Shown: positions 18,252 to 27,643 of the stretch, piece by piece
How positions within the stretch are numbered: position 1 is the first letter of the stretch
How the letters are laid out: the number at the start of each line of letters is the position of its first letter
Made by a program: the position numbers and the translations under genes
The notes under the pieces: generated by a model
Seen by the model: only the letters and a program-made list of their open reading frames with translations
What the model was told of the DNA's origin: nothing
The model's database searches: none
Source: Syntrophales bacterium
Lineage (GTDB): Bacteria; Desulfobacterota; Syntrophia; Syntrophales; UBA8958
DNA: 64,000 nucleotides
Assembly: GCA_035358955.1 (NCBI GenBank)
Contig: DAORXN010000003.1
Coordinates: forward strand, 845-64,844
Direction of reading: 5' to 3'

Positions 18252-19688
18252 CTAATCTGCTGCCGGCGGGCGGCGATTTGTCCAGGGTTGGGCCTGTTCT
18301 AACTGGGCGGCGAGGCGGAAGAGCAACCCCTCTTCTCCATAGCGCCCTACAAAGTGGAGGCCGATAGGCAGACCTTCACCATTCCAGTAAAGGGGCACGG
18401 ACATGGCAGGCTGACCAGTAGCATTAAAAATGGGGGTGAAAGGCACGAATTCCGCCGATCTCCTCCATCCCCTCAAAGGGTCGTCCGGTGGGGAATCGAA
18501 GGCTCCCAGCTTCACCGGAGGTTCCCCTAAGGTGGGGGTGAGGAGCACGTCGTATTGGGCATACAGTTTTGCCAGGTCCCTGGTCATTCTCTGGAGGGTC
18601 TGAACGGCCAGAAGATAGTCCGCCCCGCTTACCTTCTGGCCCATCTCGTACATGGCCCAGGTGAGGGGCTCGTACTGATCGCGAGCCGGAGGTTGCTTGG
18701 TGATAAAAGCGATGCCTTTGATCGTGGCGGCACATCCTGCCACCCAGATAGTTGTAAAGGCCCGGGCGATGAGCTCGGCCGGGAGCTTGGGATTTATCTC
18801 CTCTAACTCGTGTCCCAGGGACTCGAGGAGTTTTATTCCCGCCTCGAGCGCCGCTTGACAGTCGGGATGGATGTTGATGCCTTCCCTCATGGTGGAGGTA
18901 AGGTAGGCGATGCGTAAGCGCCCCGGGTCCCGGCCTATCTCTTCCCGGAATGGGCGAGTGGGAGGAGGGGCCACGTACGGATCACCGGGGTCATAACCAG
19001 ATGTAACGTCGAGGATGGCCGCGGAATCCCTGACAGACCTTGTCAGAACGTGTTCCGCCACCAGGCCGCTCATGATGTCGCCGAAGTCGGGCCCCAGGGT
19101 GTTTCTCCCGCGCGAAGGCTTGAGGCCGAACACGCCACAGCAGGAGGCGGGGATGCGAATCGACCCGCCGCCGTCGTTGCCGTGGGCAACGGGGATGAGG
19201 CCGGCCGCCACGGCGGCAGCAGATCCCCCGCTGGATCCGCCGGTGGTTCTGGTCAGGTCCCAGGGGTTTCGGCAGGGGCCGAAAAGGGCGGATTCCGTAG
19301 TCGGCAGGAGACCTAATTCGGGTAAATTGGTTTTCCCCAGCACGATGAAACCGGCTTGCTTGTAGCGACGGACGATTTCGCTATCGTGGTCGGCGATGAA
19401 CTGGGCGAGGTTTTTGGTGCCGAAGGTATGTCTCACCCCTCGATAGGCAGCCAGGAGGTCTTTTAGAAGCATGGGCACCCCTTTGAAAGGTCCGTCAGGG
19501 ATGGGCCCTTGGGCTATGCTTCTCGCTTCATCAAACATGGGGGTGACAACGGCGTTGAGGCGGGGATTGATGCGCTCTATGCGGTCGATGAAGAAATCAA
19601 CCAGTTCCAGGGGGGTTACCTCTTTTTGCCTGACGAGCCCGGCGAGGGCCGTGGCATCCATGTACGTAAGTGCCTCGAAGCCGTTCAT
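18252..19688 (-). CDS. amidase (amidase-signature family)
   Basis: [14 protein letters not shown] signature; 478 aa. Confidence 0.85.
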   Translation of the reverse strand: MNGFEALTYMDATALAGLVRQKEVTPLELVDFFIDRIERINPRLNAVVTPMFDEARSIAQGPIPDGPFKGVPMLLKDLLAAYRGVRHTFGTKNLAQFIADHDSEIVRRYKQAGFIVLGKTNLPELGLLPTTESALFGPCRNPWDLTRTTGGSSGGSAAAVAAGLIPVAHGNDGGGSIRIPASCCGVFGLKPSRGRNTLGPDFGDIMSGLVAEHVLTRSVRDSAAILDVTSGYDPGDPYVAPPPTRPFREEIGRDPGRLRIAYLTSTMREGINIHPDCQAALEAGIKLLESLGHELEEINPKLPAELIARAFTTIWVAGCAATIKGIAFITKQPPARDQYEPLTWAMYEMGQKVSGADYLLAVQTLQRMTRDLAKLYAQYDVLLTPTLGEPPVKLGAFDSPPDDPLRGWRRSAEFVPFTPIFNATGQPAMSVPLYWNGEGLPIGLHFVGRYGEEGLLFRLAAQLEQAQPWTNRRPPAAD

Positions 19689-19760
19689 AGATCCTCCCTT
19701 TCAGCTGAAGGTTAGCCGGGTAAGGGGCCCTCGTAAAGGGCCCCTACCCTTTCCCATTGC

Positions 19761-21431
19761 CTATTGCCCTGCCTTTTGCTTTTTTTCCTCTTCCTCCCTT
19801 AGGACCTTGCGGAGAATCTTCCCTACCGCCGACTTGGGCAGGGAGTCACGGAACTCGATTATCTTGGGCACTTTGTAGGGGGCGAGCTTCTCCTTACAGA
19901 ATTTGATAATTTCATCTTCCGTAGCCGTTTCACCCGGTTTGAGCACCACGTATGCCTTCACCGTTTCACCCCGGTAAGGGTCTTTGACCCCCAGGGATAC
20001 CGCTTCGGCTACTTTGGGATGCTGGAAGAGGACCTCGTCGATTTCTCGGGGATAGATGTTGAAACCGCCCGCAATGATCATGTCCTTTTTCCGATCCACG
20101 ATGAAGAGGTAACCGTCTTCGTCGCGCACGGCGATATCCCCCGTGTAGAGCCATCCGTCTTTGAGCTGGTTGGCCGTCTCTTCTGGGTTGTTCCAGTAAC
20201 CTTTCATGATGACGGGGCCCTTCATGATGATTTCCCCCGGCGTACCATCCGGTACTTCCGTTACCCCGTCCTCGACGTCTACGAGCTTCACGTCGTTGTC
20301 CGGGATGGGAATGCCGATGCTCCCCACCTTTTTCATGCCTAAAACGGGGTTGGAGATGCCGACCGAGGTGGATTCCGAAAGGCCGTATCCTTCACTGAAG
20401 TAAATACCCATGTCCTTCACCTTCTCGATGAGTTCCACGGGCATGGGGGCTGCACCGGAATTGAGAAGGCCAATCTTCTTGTCCAACTGGAGCTCCCCGG
20501 CCCTTGGGTGATTGACCAAGGCCGTGATCAGCGTGGGCACCGTGGGGAAGAAGGTAAGCGTTTCCACCTTGGCGAGCATGTCCATCATTTCGTCGATGTT
20601 GAAGCGCGGCACCTGAATCTGGGTGGCACAGGCGAGCATGGACCAGTTCATGACCACGATGTTCCCGTAAACGTGGAAGTAAGGCAAAACGGCCATGACC
20701 GTTCTCCTCTCCGGGGGGGTCAAGGGAATGGTGGGACTCCCCCACAGGTAGCAGAAAAAGGCCGCCGCAATCACGTTGCGGTGAGTAAGGACGGCCCCTT
20801 TGGGGATGCCGGTCGTACCGCCGGTGAACTGAATGAGCGCAGGATCATCCGGTTTTATCTCCACCTTGGGCAGCTTGGTGGAGGTCGTTTTTTCCATCAG
20901 TTCGCCAAAATGAAGCCATCCTTCTTCCAAATCCAGGCTCTTGGCCGTACTGGTCGGGAATCCCTTGATGTAGTCCGTCACGGCTGTAACTATGACGCGG
21001 GGAATGTGGACTTCCTTACAGAGCGTCCTGATATTGGGAAGGGCCATATCGAAGGTGATGAGGGTCTCGACCCCCGCGGTCGTAATCATGAGCTTGAGCT
21101 CATCGGGGGTGTAAAGGGGGTTGAGATTTACCACGATGGCCCCTAAGGACTGTAGGGCATAGTAGGCAATGGGATACTGGGGGCAGTTGGGCAGATGAAG
21201 CCCCACCCGGTCCCCCTTCTTTATCCCCAAAGCGCCTAGGGCATTGGCGAACTTCAGGGTCATCATGCGGAGTTCGTAGAACGTAATTTCCGTACCGAAG
21301 AAGTTTAATGCCGGTTTGTCCGGATAGGTGTTCGCCGGTAGCCCCAAGAGCTCGTGCACTGCCAGTCGGGGATAACGAATGGTGGTCGGTACGTTATAAT
21401 CGTAATGCTGATGCCAAGGCCTGGTTTCCAT
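19761..21431 (-). CDS. long-chain fatty acid-CoA ligase (AMP-binding family)
   Basis: FTGGTTGIPKGAVLTHRN AMP-binding motif; 556 aa. Confidence 0.85.
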   Translation of the reverse strand: METRPWHQHYDYNVPTTIRYPRLAVHELLGLPANTYPDKPALNFFGTEITFYELRMMTLKFANALGALGIKKGDRVGLHLPNCPQYPIAYYALQSLGAIVVNLNPLYTPDELKLMITTAGVETLITFDMALPNIRTLCKEVHIPRVIVTAVTDYIKGFPTSTAKSLDLEEGWLHFGELMEKTTSTKLPKVEIKPDDPALIQFTGGTTGIPKGAVLTHRNVIAAAFFCYLWGSPTIPLTPPERRTVMAVLPYFHVYGNIVVMNWSMLACATQIQVPRFNIDEMMDMLAKVETLTFFPTVPTLITALVNHPRAGELQLDKKIGLLNSGAAPMPVELIEKVKDMGIYFSEGYGLSESTSVGISNPVLGMKKVGSIGIPIPDNDVKLVDVEDGVTEVPDGTPGEIIMKGPVIMKGYWNNPEETANQLKDGWLYTGDIAVRDEDGYLFIVDRKKDMIIAGGFNIYPREIDEVLFQHPKVAEAVSLGVKDPYRGETVKAYVVLKPGETATEDEIIKFCKEKLAPYKVPKIIEFRDSLPKSAVGKILRKVLREEEEKKQKAGQ

Positions 21432-21492
21432 GTTTCCCTCCTATTTAAAGATATAGACTTGTGCTCACTTATAGATAAACGATGGTTCTATG

Positions 21493-22728
21493 TCAAACGG
21501 ATTTTCCCTGTGACTCACTTATGGCGCAGGCCACCGCCGCCCCGATACCGGAAGCCTCCCTTATCGGATGGAGCTCAATCAAGTCTTTTTGCCCCGACAG
21601 GAGCTCGCGGATGGTTGTTTCGACGGTTTGCCTGTATCCTGGATAGCCGGTGAAAAGGGCACCGTCTACGGCTACTCGGTGTTTTTCCTTTAAGGTGGGA
21701 TCCCGCCAGGTAATGACGGCCACGATGGCCGCCGCGACGATCCTTGCCGATCGAGTAAGAACGAGGGTAGCCACTTCCCTTACCTTTTCCGTGCCCGGTT
21801 TCGGTCTCAAGGTAAGATCGGCCAGGTACCGTGTGGTGAGACCGTAGGGCTTTTGGGAAATGGGATCTACGTCGAGCAGGACGAGTCGGACCAGCTCGCC
21901 GGTGTAAAGACCGGAGACCATCTTTTCCATTCTCTGTTCTCCTCGATGGGGGGTGCTTTCATCGAGGAGGCAATCGTAAGCGTTGACTGGCAGGCAGTTA
22001 AAATTACCCCATTCGAGATTGATGATGACTTCGTCACCTAAAACTTTATCGCCGGGCCACTTCAACCTATGCGGGGATTCGGGGTAGCAGGCGTTCGTCC
22101 CCGTTCCCAAGATGACGGCCATGTCAAAATTGGGGTCCTGGTAGGAAGCGGCAAGGAGGGTGGCCACTGTATCGTTTACCAGGGCTTGAAGGTGTAGATG
22201 GGCCAGGCCGTTTCGTCGCAGGGCCTCCCGCAGAAGGGCGGCCACGTCCTCTCCCTCCACCCCGGGGACACTAAAGCCTTTGGTCCAGCGAATCAGCACG
22301 CCCGAAGAAATGGACTTCTGCTCTACGGGGTAAGAAAAGGTAAAGGCGACAGAGCTGGCGTGAAACTGATTCTCCGAGATGAAATTCCCGATGCACTGGA
22401 CAAGGAAGTCAAAGAGGGCTTCCCTCATTCCTCTCCGCAAGGCGGTAGGGATCTTATGCCTTAGGTAGGCCTCTATTTTTGCCCCCCTTTTGCCATCGAG
22501 GCGAACGGAAAGCACGCGGCAGTTCGTTCCCCCCATATCGAGGACGAAAAAAGTTCCCTTTTCCGTGCCCCGAGGTCGTCCCACGTAGGTGGGTAGCATC
22601 TTGAGGGAACTTTTTTCGCCCCGGAGGCCGCCAGCCATCTCCGCTTGGAACTCTTTTACTATTTGCCGCAGGGAGGGCGTATCCACCTCGAAGAGACGCC
22701 TGGCCTGGGCGAGGGCATCTTCCATCAT
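21493..22728 (-). CDS. hexokinase-family sugar kinase (eukaryote-type)
   Basis: LKMLPTYV, FFVLDMGGTNCRV, LVNDTVATL, LGTGTNACY and NLEWGNF are hexokinase_1/2 motifs. Confidence 0.8.
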   Translation of the reverse strand: MMEDALAQARRLFEVDTPSLRQIVKEFQAEMAGGLRGEKSSLKMLPTYVGRPRGTEKGTFFVLDMGGTNCRVLSVRLDGKRGAKIEAYLRHKIPTALRRGMREALFDFLVQCIGNFISENQFHASSVAFTFSYPVEQKSISSGVLIRWTKGFSVPGVEGEDVAALLREALRRNGLAHLHLQALVNDTVATLLAASYQDPNFDMAVILGTGTNACYPESPHRLKWPGDKVLGDEVIINLEWGNFNCLPVNAYDCLLDESTPHRGEQRMEKMVSGLYTGELVRLVLLDVDPISQKPYGLTTRYLADLTLRPKPGTEKVREVATLVLTRSARIVAAAIVAVITWRDPTLKEKHRVAVDGALFTGYPGYRQTVETTIRELLSGQKDLIELHPIREASGIGAAVACAISESQGKSV

Positions 22729-22970
22729 TTAAGATATCCCTTCCTTTTTGTACAAGACGGCTTTTTCTGCGGGCTCTCCCTTCTCAAGGAGAGCAAAATT
22801 TTCACCCTTTCCCTACCCGACCGTCTTTCATGGCGAGAATGGTTAACTTTTTTATCAATATCACATTTTGCCTTCTGCCGTTCATAAAAATTTGACTGAA
22901 TACTTGACTACGCTGAATAATTCATTTATTCAATAGTTGCTTGACCAAAAAATCTAACAAGGGGGGTTTT

Positions 22971-24197
22971 ATGAAAGGAGGGAATTTTTTTAAAAGCATC
23001 TTCTTGTGGTTAATTTTTCTCGTTTTAGGGATAGTCTTCTTTACGGGTGGTGTGGCTTTCTGCGCAAAGTGGGATGGGACCATTTACTTCGGTTACACGG
23101 GGCCTTTGAGTGGAGGTGCGGCAAAGTACGGAAATAATTGTTTGACGGGAATGAAGGTCGCCGTGGATGATGTAAACGCGGCGGGGGGGATCAATATAGG
23201 TGGTAAGAAATATGAACTCAAGCTCGTCTATTACGACGACATGTACAAGCCTGCCAATACGGTGGCCAATGCCCGTCGCATGGTCATGGCAGAGAAGCCC
23301 ATCCTGATAGCTTGTCCCCATGCGGGGGGTATCCTTGCATTGGAAAAGATCAATGAAAAAGAGGGTTTCCTTATAAGCGGATACACCACCAACGTGGCCA
23401 TCATCAGTCAGGGAAACAAACTCGTTTTCTCCGTGCCACCCCGAGCGGATCTGGCCTACGGCGTTGAGATGTTAAAGAAGGCCTTCTCTTTTGGGCCCAA
23501 ACTTGCCCACCTAACAGGGAGTCATGAAGCAGGTGTTGCTTGGAAAGAGCTTTCCGAGGCCAACTGGAAAAAGATGGGAGGCCAGGTGGTGGCAAGTGAC
23601 AGTGTCAATTACAGTGCAGTTACCGATTTTTTCCCCTATCTTACGAAAATCATTCAGGCTAAACCAGATGTTATAAATCTATATGGACCTTCTGAACCCT
23701 CAGCGATGATAGTTAACCAAGCTCGGCAATTAGGTTATAAGGGTGGATTTCTCATGGGTGATCAGTGCAAGTTAGATGAAATGGCGAAAGTGGCCAGTAT
23801 GGCCAATCTCAACAATTCTGTAGGCGTCTGTCCTTTTGAACTGCGGCCTCTCCCTATAGCAAAGGCCTTTGGTAAGAGGCTTCATCAAATGTTTGGAAAA
23901 GATTATGTTCCCACCTTCGAAGCGGCAGCACATTACGAGGTGGTCTGGATTGTGGTCAAGGCCATGGAAAAAGCTCAGATAAAGGATGATCCCTATGCTA
24001 TATTTAAAAAGTTCAACGACGTGCTGCCCGTGGGACAATATGCCAATACTCTCCGTGACGGACTGGGGCCAAACGGAGAACTCCTGGGAGTAACTTTTGC
24101 CATCATGGTTAAAGATAACCAATTTTCCAAGCCCATACCGTTAATCTGGGGTCAGGATCTCTATCCTCCGGGAAAGAAGTCGGCCTGGAAAGATTAA
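22971..24197 (+). CDS. ABC transporter substrate-binding protein (branched-chain amino acid/LivK-like)
   Basis: Signal/TM segment followed by a ...GYTGPLSGGAAKYG...DDVNAAGGI... type I periplasmic binding fold. Start chosen at ATG 22971, after a GGGGGG Shine-Dalgarno. Confidence 0.8.
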   Translation: MKGGNFFKSIFLWLIFLVLGIVFFTGGVAFCAKWDGTIYFGYTGPLSGGAAKYGNNCLTGMKVAVDDVNAAGGINIGGKKYELKLVYYDDMYKPANTVANARRMVMAEKPILIACPHAGGILALEKINEKEGFLISGYTTNVAIISQGNKLVFSVPPRADLAYGVEMLKKAFSFGPKLAHLTGSHEAGVAWKELSEANWKKMGGQVVASDSVNYSAVTDFFPYLTKIIQAKPDVINLYGPSEPSAMIVNQARQLGYKGGFLMGDQCKLDEMAKVASMANLNNSVGVCPFELRPLPIAKAFGKRLHQMFGKDYVPTFEAAAHYEVVWIVVKAMEKAQIKDDPYAIFKKFNDVLPVGQYANTLRDGLGPNGELLGVTFAIMVKDNQFSKPIPLIWGQDLYPPGKKSAWKD

Positions 24198-24274
24198 TAT
24201 CGTCCTTGAAGTTTAATGTTGGCCGGGGGCTCTAAAGAAGAGCTCCCGGGCATATGCTTAAAAGGAGGGGTTCT

Positions 24275-25138
24275 GTGGATCTTCTGTTTCAACAAACTCT
24301 GAATGGGATAATGGTGGGTAGCGTCTACGCCTTGGTGGCCCTGGGCCTTACCTTGGAGTATGGAATTCTCAATATCCCCAATTTTGCCCATGGCGTCTTA
24401 TATACGCTGGGTGCCTATTTGACTTTTCTAACCGTAACTGCCTTGGGCTACAATTACTGGGTGGCTATTGGCTGTGCCATGCTGGCCTTGGCCATCATGG
24501 GCATCATCATCGACCGCCTGGTTTTCCACCCTTTGGTCAATGCACCGCACTTAAATTCATTTATTGCTGCTATTGGCCTCATTTACATTTTTAAGGCCGG
24601 TATGCTCATTATCTGGGGGCCAGATTTCAAGAGATTTCCCCCCATAAATGAAGAGGTAATAAATTTTTTAGGAGCCACTATTACGACGCAAAGAATTATT
24701 ATCGTCGTCGTGACAGCCCTGCTAATCGTTTTACTTAACCTTTTTATAAAAAAGACCATGGCGGGTATGTCCATAGAAGCCTTGGCCCAAGACCGAGAAG
24801 GGGCGTTATTGGCGGGGATTAATGTAAAAAAAGTGGAAACAATAGTCTTCGCTGTAGGATCCGCCATGGCTGCGGTGGCTGCGGCGCTAATATCCCCTAT
24901 TTTCCTTGTGTACAACACCATGGGGGATGCAGTTATTCTTAAGGCTTTCGTCATAATTATTTTGGGAGGAATGGGAAGCATCCCTGGAGCCGTCATAGGC
25001 GGTTATATCATCGGTTTAGTTGAAAGTTTGGGCGGTGCATACTTGAGCACCGACTACAATGAAATAGTCGCCTTTGCCATTCTCATCGGGGTTTTGGCGG
25101 TAAAACCCACAGGATTATTTGGAACGAGGTCACACTGA
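24275..25138 (+). CDS. livH: branched-chain amino acid ABC permease (LivH-like)
   Basis: VDLLFQQTLNGIMVGSVYALVALG is a typical LivH N-terminus. The GTG start follows AGGAGG. Confidence 0.8.
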   Translation: MDLLFQQTLNGIMVGSVYALVALGLTLEYGILNIPNFAHGVLYTLGAYLTFLTVTALGYNYWVAIGCAMLALAIMGIIIDRLVFHPLVNAPHLNSFIAAIGLIYIFKAGMLIIWGPDFKRFPPINEEVINFLGATITTQRIIIVVVTALLIVLLNLFIKKTMAGMSIEALAQDREGALLAGINVKKVETIVFAVGSAMAAVAAALISPIFLVYNTMGDAVILKAFVIIILGGMGSIPGAVIGGYIIGLVESLGGAYLSTDYNEIVAFAILIGVLAVKPTGLFGTRSH

Positions 25139-26118
25139 TGAAGGCTATAAAATCAATAATAACCAATAAGTATTTCCTCGGCCTGGTCTTGATTTTGCTC
25201 ATATGTCTTGTCCCCGTTTTCATTACAAGCAAGTACCTGATGCACATTTTTATCCTCATGCTTATCTGGTCAATTGCTGCCCTCGCCCTTAATTTAATTA
25301 TGGGATACACTGGCCAGGCCAATTTGGCACATGGTGGGTTTTTCGGGATCGGGGCTTATGCTACAGCCCTCTTAATGTTAAAATTGGGATTTGGTTTCTG
25401 GCCTGCCCTTATAATCGCGGCTATTATTACTTCTATCATAGGCTTTCTCATCGGTCTGCCTACCTTGAGAACAAAGGGTTCGTACTTTGCCATTGGAACG
25501 CTTTGTTTCAACGTCATAGTTTTTATAGCTGCCGAACGCTGGGAATCCCTAACAGGTGGGGCAAGGGGCGTAATTGGGATTCCTCAGCCAGCGCCCATTT
25601 CTTTTTTGGGTGTAACCTTCACCTTTTCCTCCCTGGCAGGTATGTTCTACTTATGTTTTTTCCTGTTCCTCATCACTTTAATCATTAAGTATCGCATCGT
25701 TCATTCTTTAGTAGGTCGGAGCTTGATCGCCGTTAGGGAAAATGAAGATTTGACCAGTTCTATTGGACTCGATACGATGAGGACGAAGATTATATCTTTT
25801 GTAACGAGTGTATTTCTCGCAAGTCTTGCGGGTAGTCTTTATGCCGTTTACATAGGGTTTCTCGATCCTGAAATAGCAAGTCATCACGTAACTTTTGAAG
25901 TTCTCCTCTTTGTAGTTCTGGGCGGTATCGGGACGATTTCGGGTCCCATAGTTGGAACCATAATTGTTACTCTTCTCGGAGAGATATTACATTTTTTGGA
26001 TGCTTATCGATTGGTTGCCTACGGTTTGGTGTTGGTTTTAGTCATTATTTTCATGCCTCAGGGTATTGTGGGTGGAATAAGGGCTCTTAGGCAAAGAATG
26101 GGGGAGAGAAATTCATAG
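25138..26118 (+). CDS. livM: branched-chain amino acid ABC permease (LivM-like)
   Basis: 326-aa polytopic protein with the ...GYTGQANLAHGGFFGIGAY... motif. Its ATG overlaps the livH stop by 1 nt. Confidence 0.8.
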   Translation: MKAIKSIITNKYFLGLVLILLICLVPVFITSKYLMHIFILMLIWSIAALALNLIMGYTGQANLAHGGFFGIGAYATALLMLKLGFGFWPALIIAAIITSIIGFLIGLPTLRTKGSYFAIGTLCFNVIVFIAAERWESLTGGARGVIGIPQPAPISFLGVTFTFSSLAGMFYLCFFLFLITLIIKYRIVHSLVGRSLIAVRENEDLTSSIGLDTMRTKIISFVTSVFLASLAGSLYAVYIGFLDPEIASHHVTFEVLLFVVLGGIGTISGPIVGTIIVTLLGEILHFLDAYRLVAYGLVLVLVIIFMPQGIVGGIRALRQRMGERNS

Positions 26119-26123
26119 AAGGT

Positions 26124-26891
26124 ATGCCTATGCTTGAAGTGAGAAATCTATCGAAATTTTTTGGCGGCCTACGGGCGGTGAATGATCTTTCTTTTAGAAT
26201 TGAAAAAGGAGAAATCTTGAGCATCATTGGCCCTAACGGTTCTGGTAAATCGACGGTGTTCAATCTTATTACGGGTTTTTACGAACCCACATATGGCCAG
26301 GTGCTTTACACGGGTGAAGATATTACGGGGTTGAAACCTCATGTCATTGCGAGAAAGGGCATTGCCCGCACCTTCCAGCATACTACCATTTACCTGCAGA
26401 ATACCGTTCAGGGAAATCTCGTCATAGCCCATCGTTTGAGAACAAAATCCGGCATATTCGGTGCTATTTTGCGCACCGCCCGAAGTCGCCGGGATGAAAA
26501 GATATGCCTGGAGAAAGCCGATGAGGTGGCAGAGTTGATAGGACTCTACGGGAAGCGTTTCCTGCCCGCGTCGGTCCTTTCTCAGGAAGAACAGAAAAGA
26601 TTGGCCATCGGCATTGCCATGGCCACAGACCCGCAGCTTTTGCTCCTTGACGAACCCATGGGGGGTGTGACGGACAGGGAAATGGGACCACTGGTCAAGC
26701 TGATTCAAAAAATAAATGAGCAAGGTGTTACCATCGGTTTGATCGAACACAAGATGGGGGTCGTGATGAGCATCTCCAATCGCGTTGTTGTTCTCAATTA
26801 CGGACAGAAAATTGCCGAAGGCATACCTGCCGAGGTATCGAAGAGTAAGGAGGTCATCGAGGCATATCTGGGAGAGGATTATCATGCTTAA
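26124..26891 (+). CDS. livG: ABC ATP-binding protein (LivG-like)
   Basis: Walker A GPNGSGKST, a signature motif and the LivG-type C-terminus. Confidence 0.85.
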   Translation: MPMLEVRNLSKFFGGLRAVNDLSFRIEKGEILSIIGPNGSGKSTVFNLITGFYEPTYGQVLYTGEDITGLKPHVIARKGIARTFQHTTIYLQNTVQGNLVIAHRLRTKSGIFGAILRTARSRRDEKICLEKADEVAELIGLYGKRFLPASVLSQEEQKRLAIGIAMATDPQLLLLDEPMGGVTDREMGPLVKLIQKINEQGVTIGLIEHKMGVVMSISNRVVVLNYGQKIAEGIPAEVSKSKEVIEAYLGEDYHA

Positions 26892-27591
26892 GATAAACAG
26901 CTTGGACGTCTTTTACGGCACGGCCCACGTTCTGGAAGATATTTTCATTCACGTCGAGGAACAAGAAATGGTGGCCATTTTGGGGGCCAACGGGGCAGGA
27001 AAAAGCACTCTTCTCAGGACCATTTCCGGTCTGGTCCGCCCGCGGTCAGGAAACATTGAATTCCAGGGACGGAATATTACTGGTCTAAGCCCGGATGAGA
27101 TTGTGGCGCTGGGCATCACTCAATGTCCAGAGGGCAGACGATTGTTTCCTGATATGTCGGTCTACAAAAATTTGCTGGTCGGAGCCTACGTTTTTCGCCG
27201 GGACAAAGCAAGGATTAATCGTCTTTTAGAGACGGTCTTCCAGATTTTCCCCATCTTACAGGAGAGGAAGGAACAGATGGCGGGCACCTTAAGCGGAGGA
27301 GAGCAACAGATGCTGGCCATCGGTCGCGCCCTCATGTCGGAGCCAAAATTACTTATGCTTGATGAAATGTCTTTGGGTCTTGCCCCCAAGGTGGTGGAAA
27401 ACCTGTTTCGAACCATCAAAAAGATAAAGGAGCGGGGTATTACCATCATCCTCGTAGAGCAGAACGCCGCCAAGGCCCTTGCCACCTCCGATCGGGTGTA
27501 TGTGATGGAGTCGGGTAAGATAGCGGTTGCGGGCCTAAGCCGTGATTTACTGAAGGACCCGAAGATCAGATCGGCATATTTGGGTATTTGA
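26884..27591 (+). CDS. livF: ABC ATP-binding protein (LivF-like)
   Basis: MLKINSLDVFYG..., GANGAGKST and LSGGEQQMLAIGRAL. Start at ATG 26884 overlaps the livG end. Confidence 0.85.
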   Translation: MLKINSLDVFYGTAHVLEDIFIHVEEQEMVAILGANGAGKSTLLRTISGLVRPRSGNIEFQGRNITGLSPDEIVALGITQCPEGRRLFPDMSVYKNLLVGAYVFRRDKARINRLLETVFQIFPILQERKEQMAGTLSGGEQQMLAIGRALMSEPKLLMLDEMSLGLAPKVVENLFRTIKKIKERGITIILVEQNAAKALATSDRVYVMESGKIAVAGLSRDLLKDPKIRSAYLGI

Positions 27592-27603
27592 TTTTTAGAT
27601 TGC

Positions 27604-27643
27604 GGCCGCAGATGGTTTTATCCATCCGCGGCCACAGTTTTTT
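27604..27643 (+). terminator. rho-independent terminator of the liv operon
   Basis: GGCCGCAGATGG / CCATCCGCGGCC forms a 12-bp stem with 1 mismatch and a 6-nt loop. ACAG plus TTTTTT follow. Confidence 0.65.
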
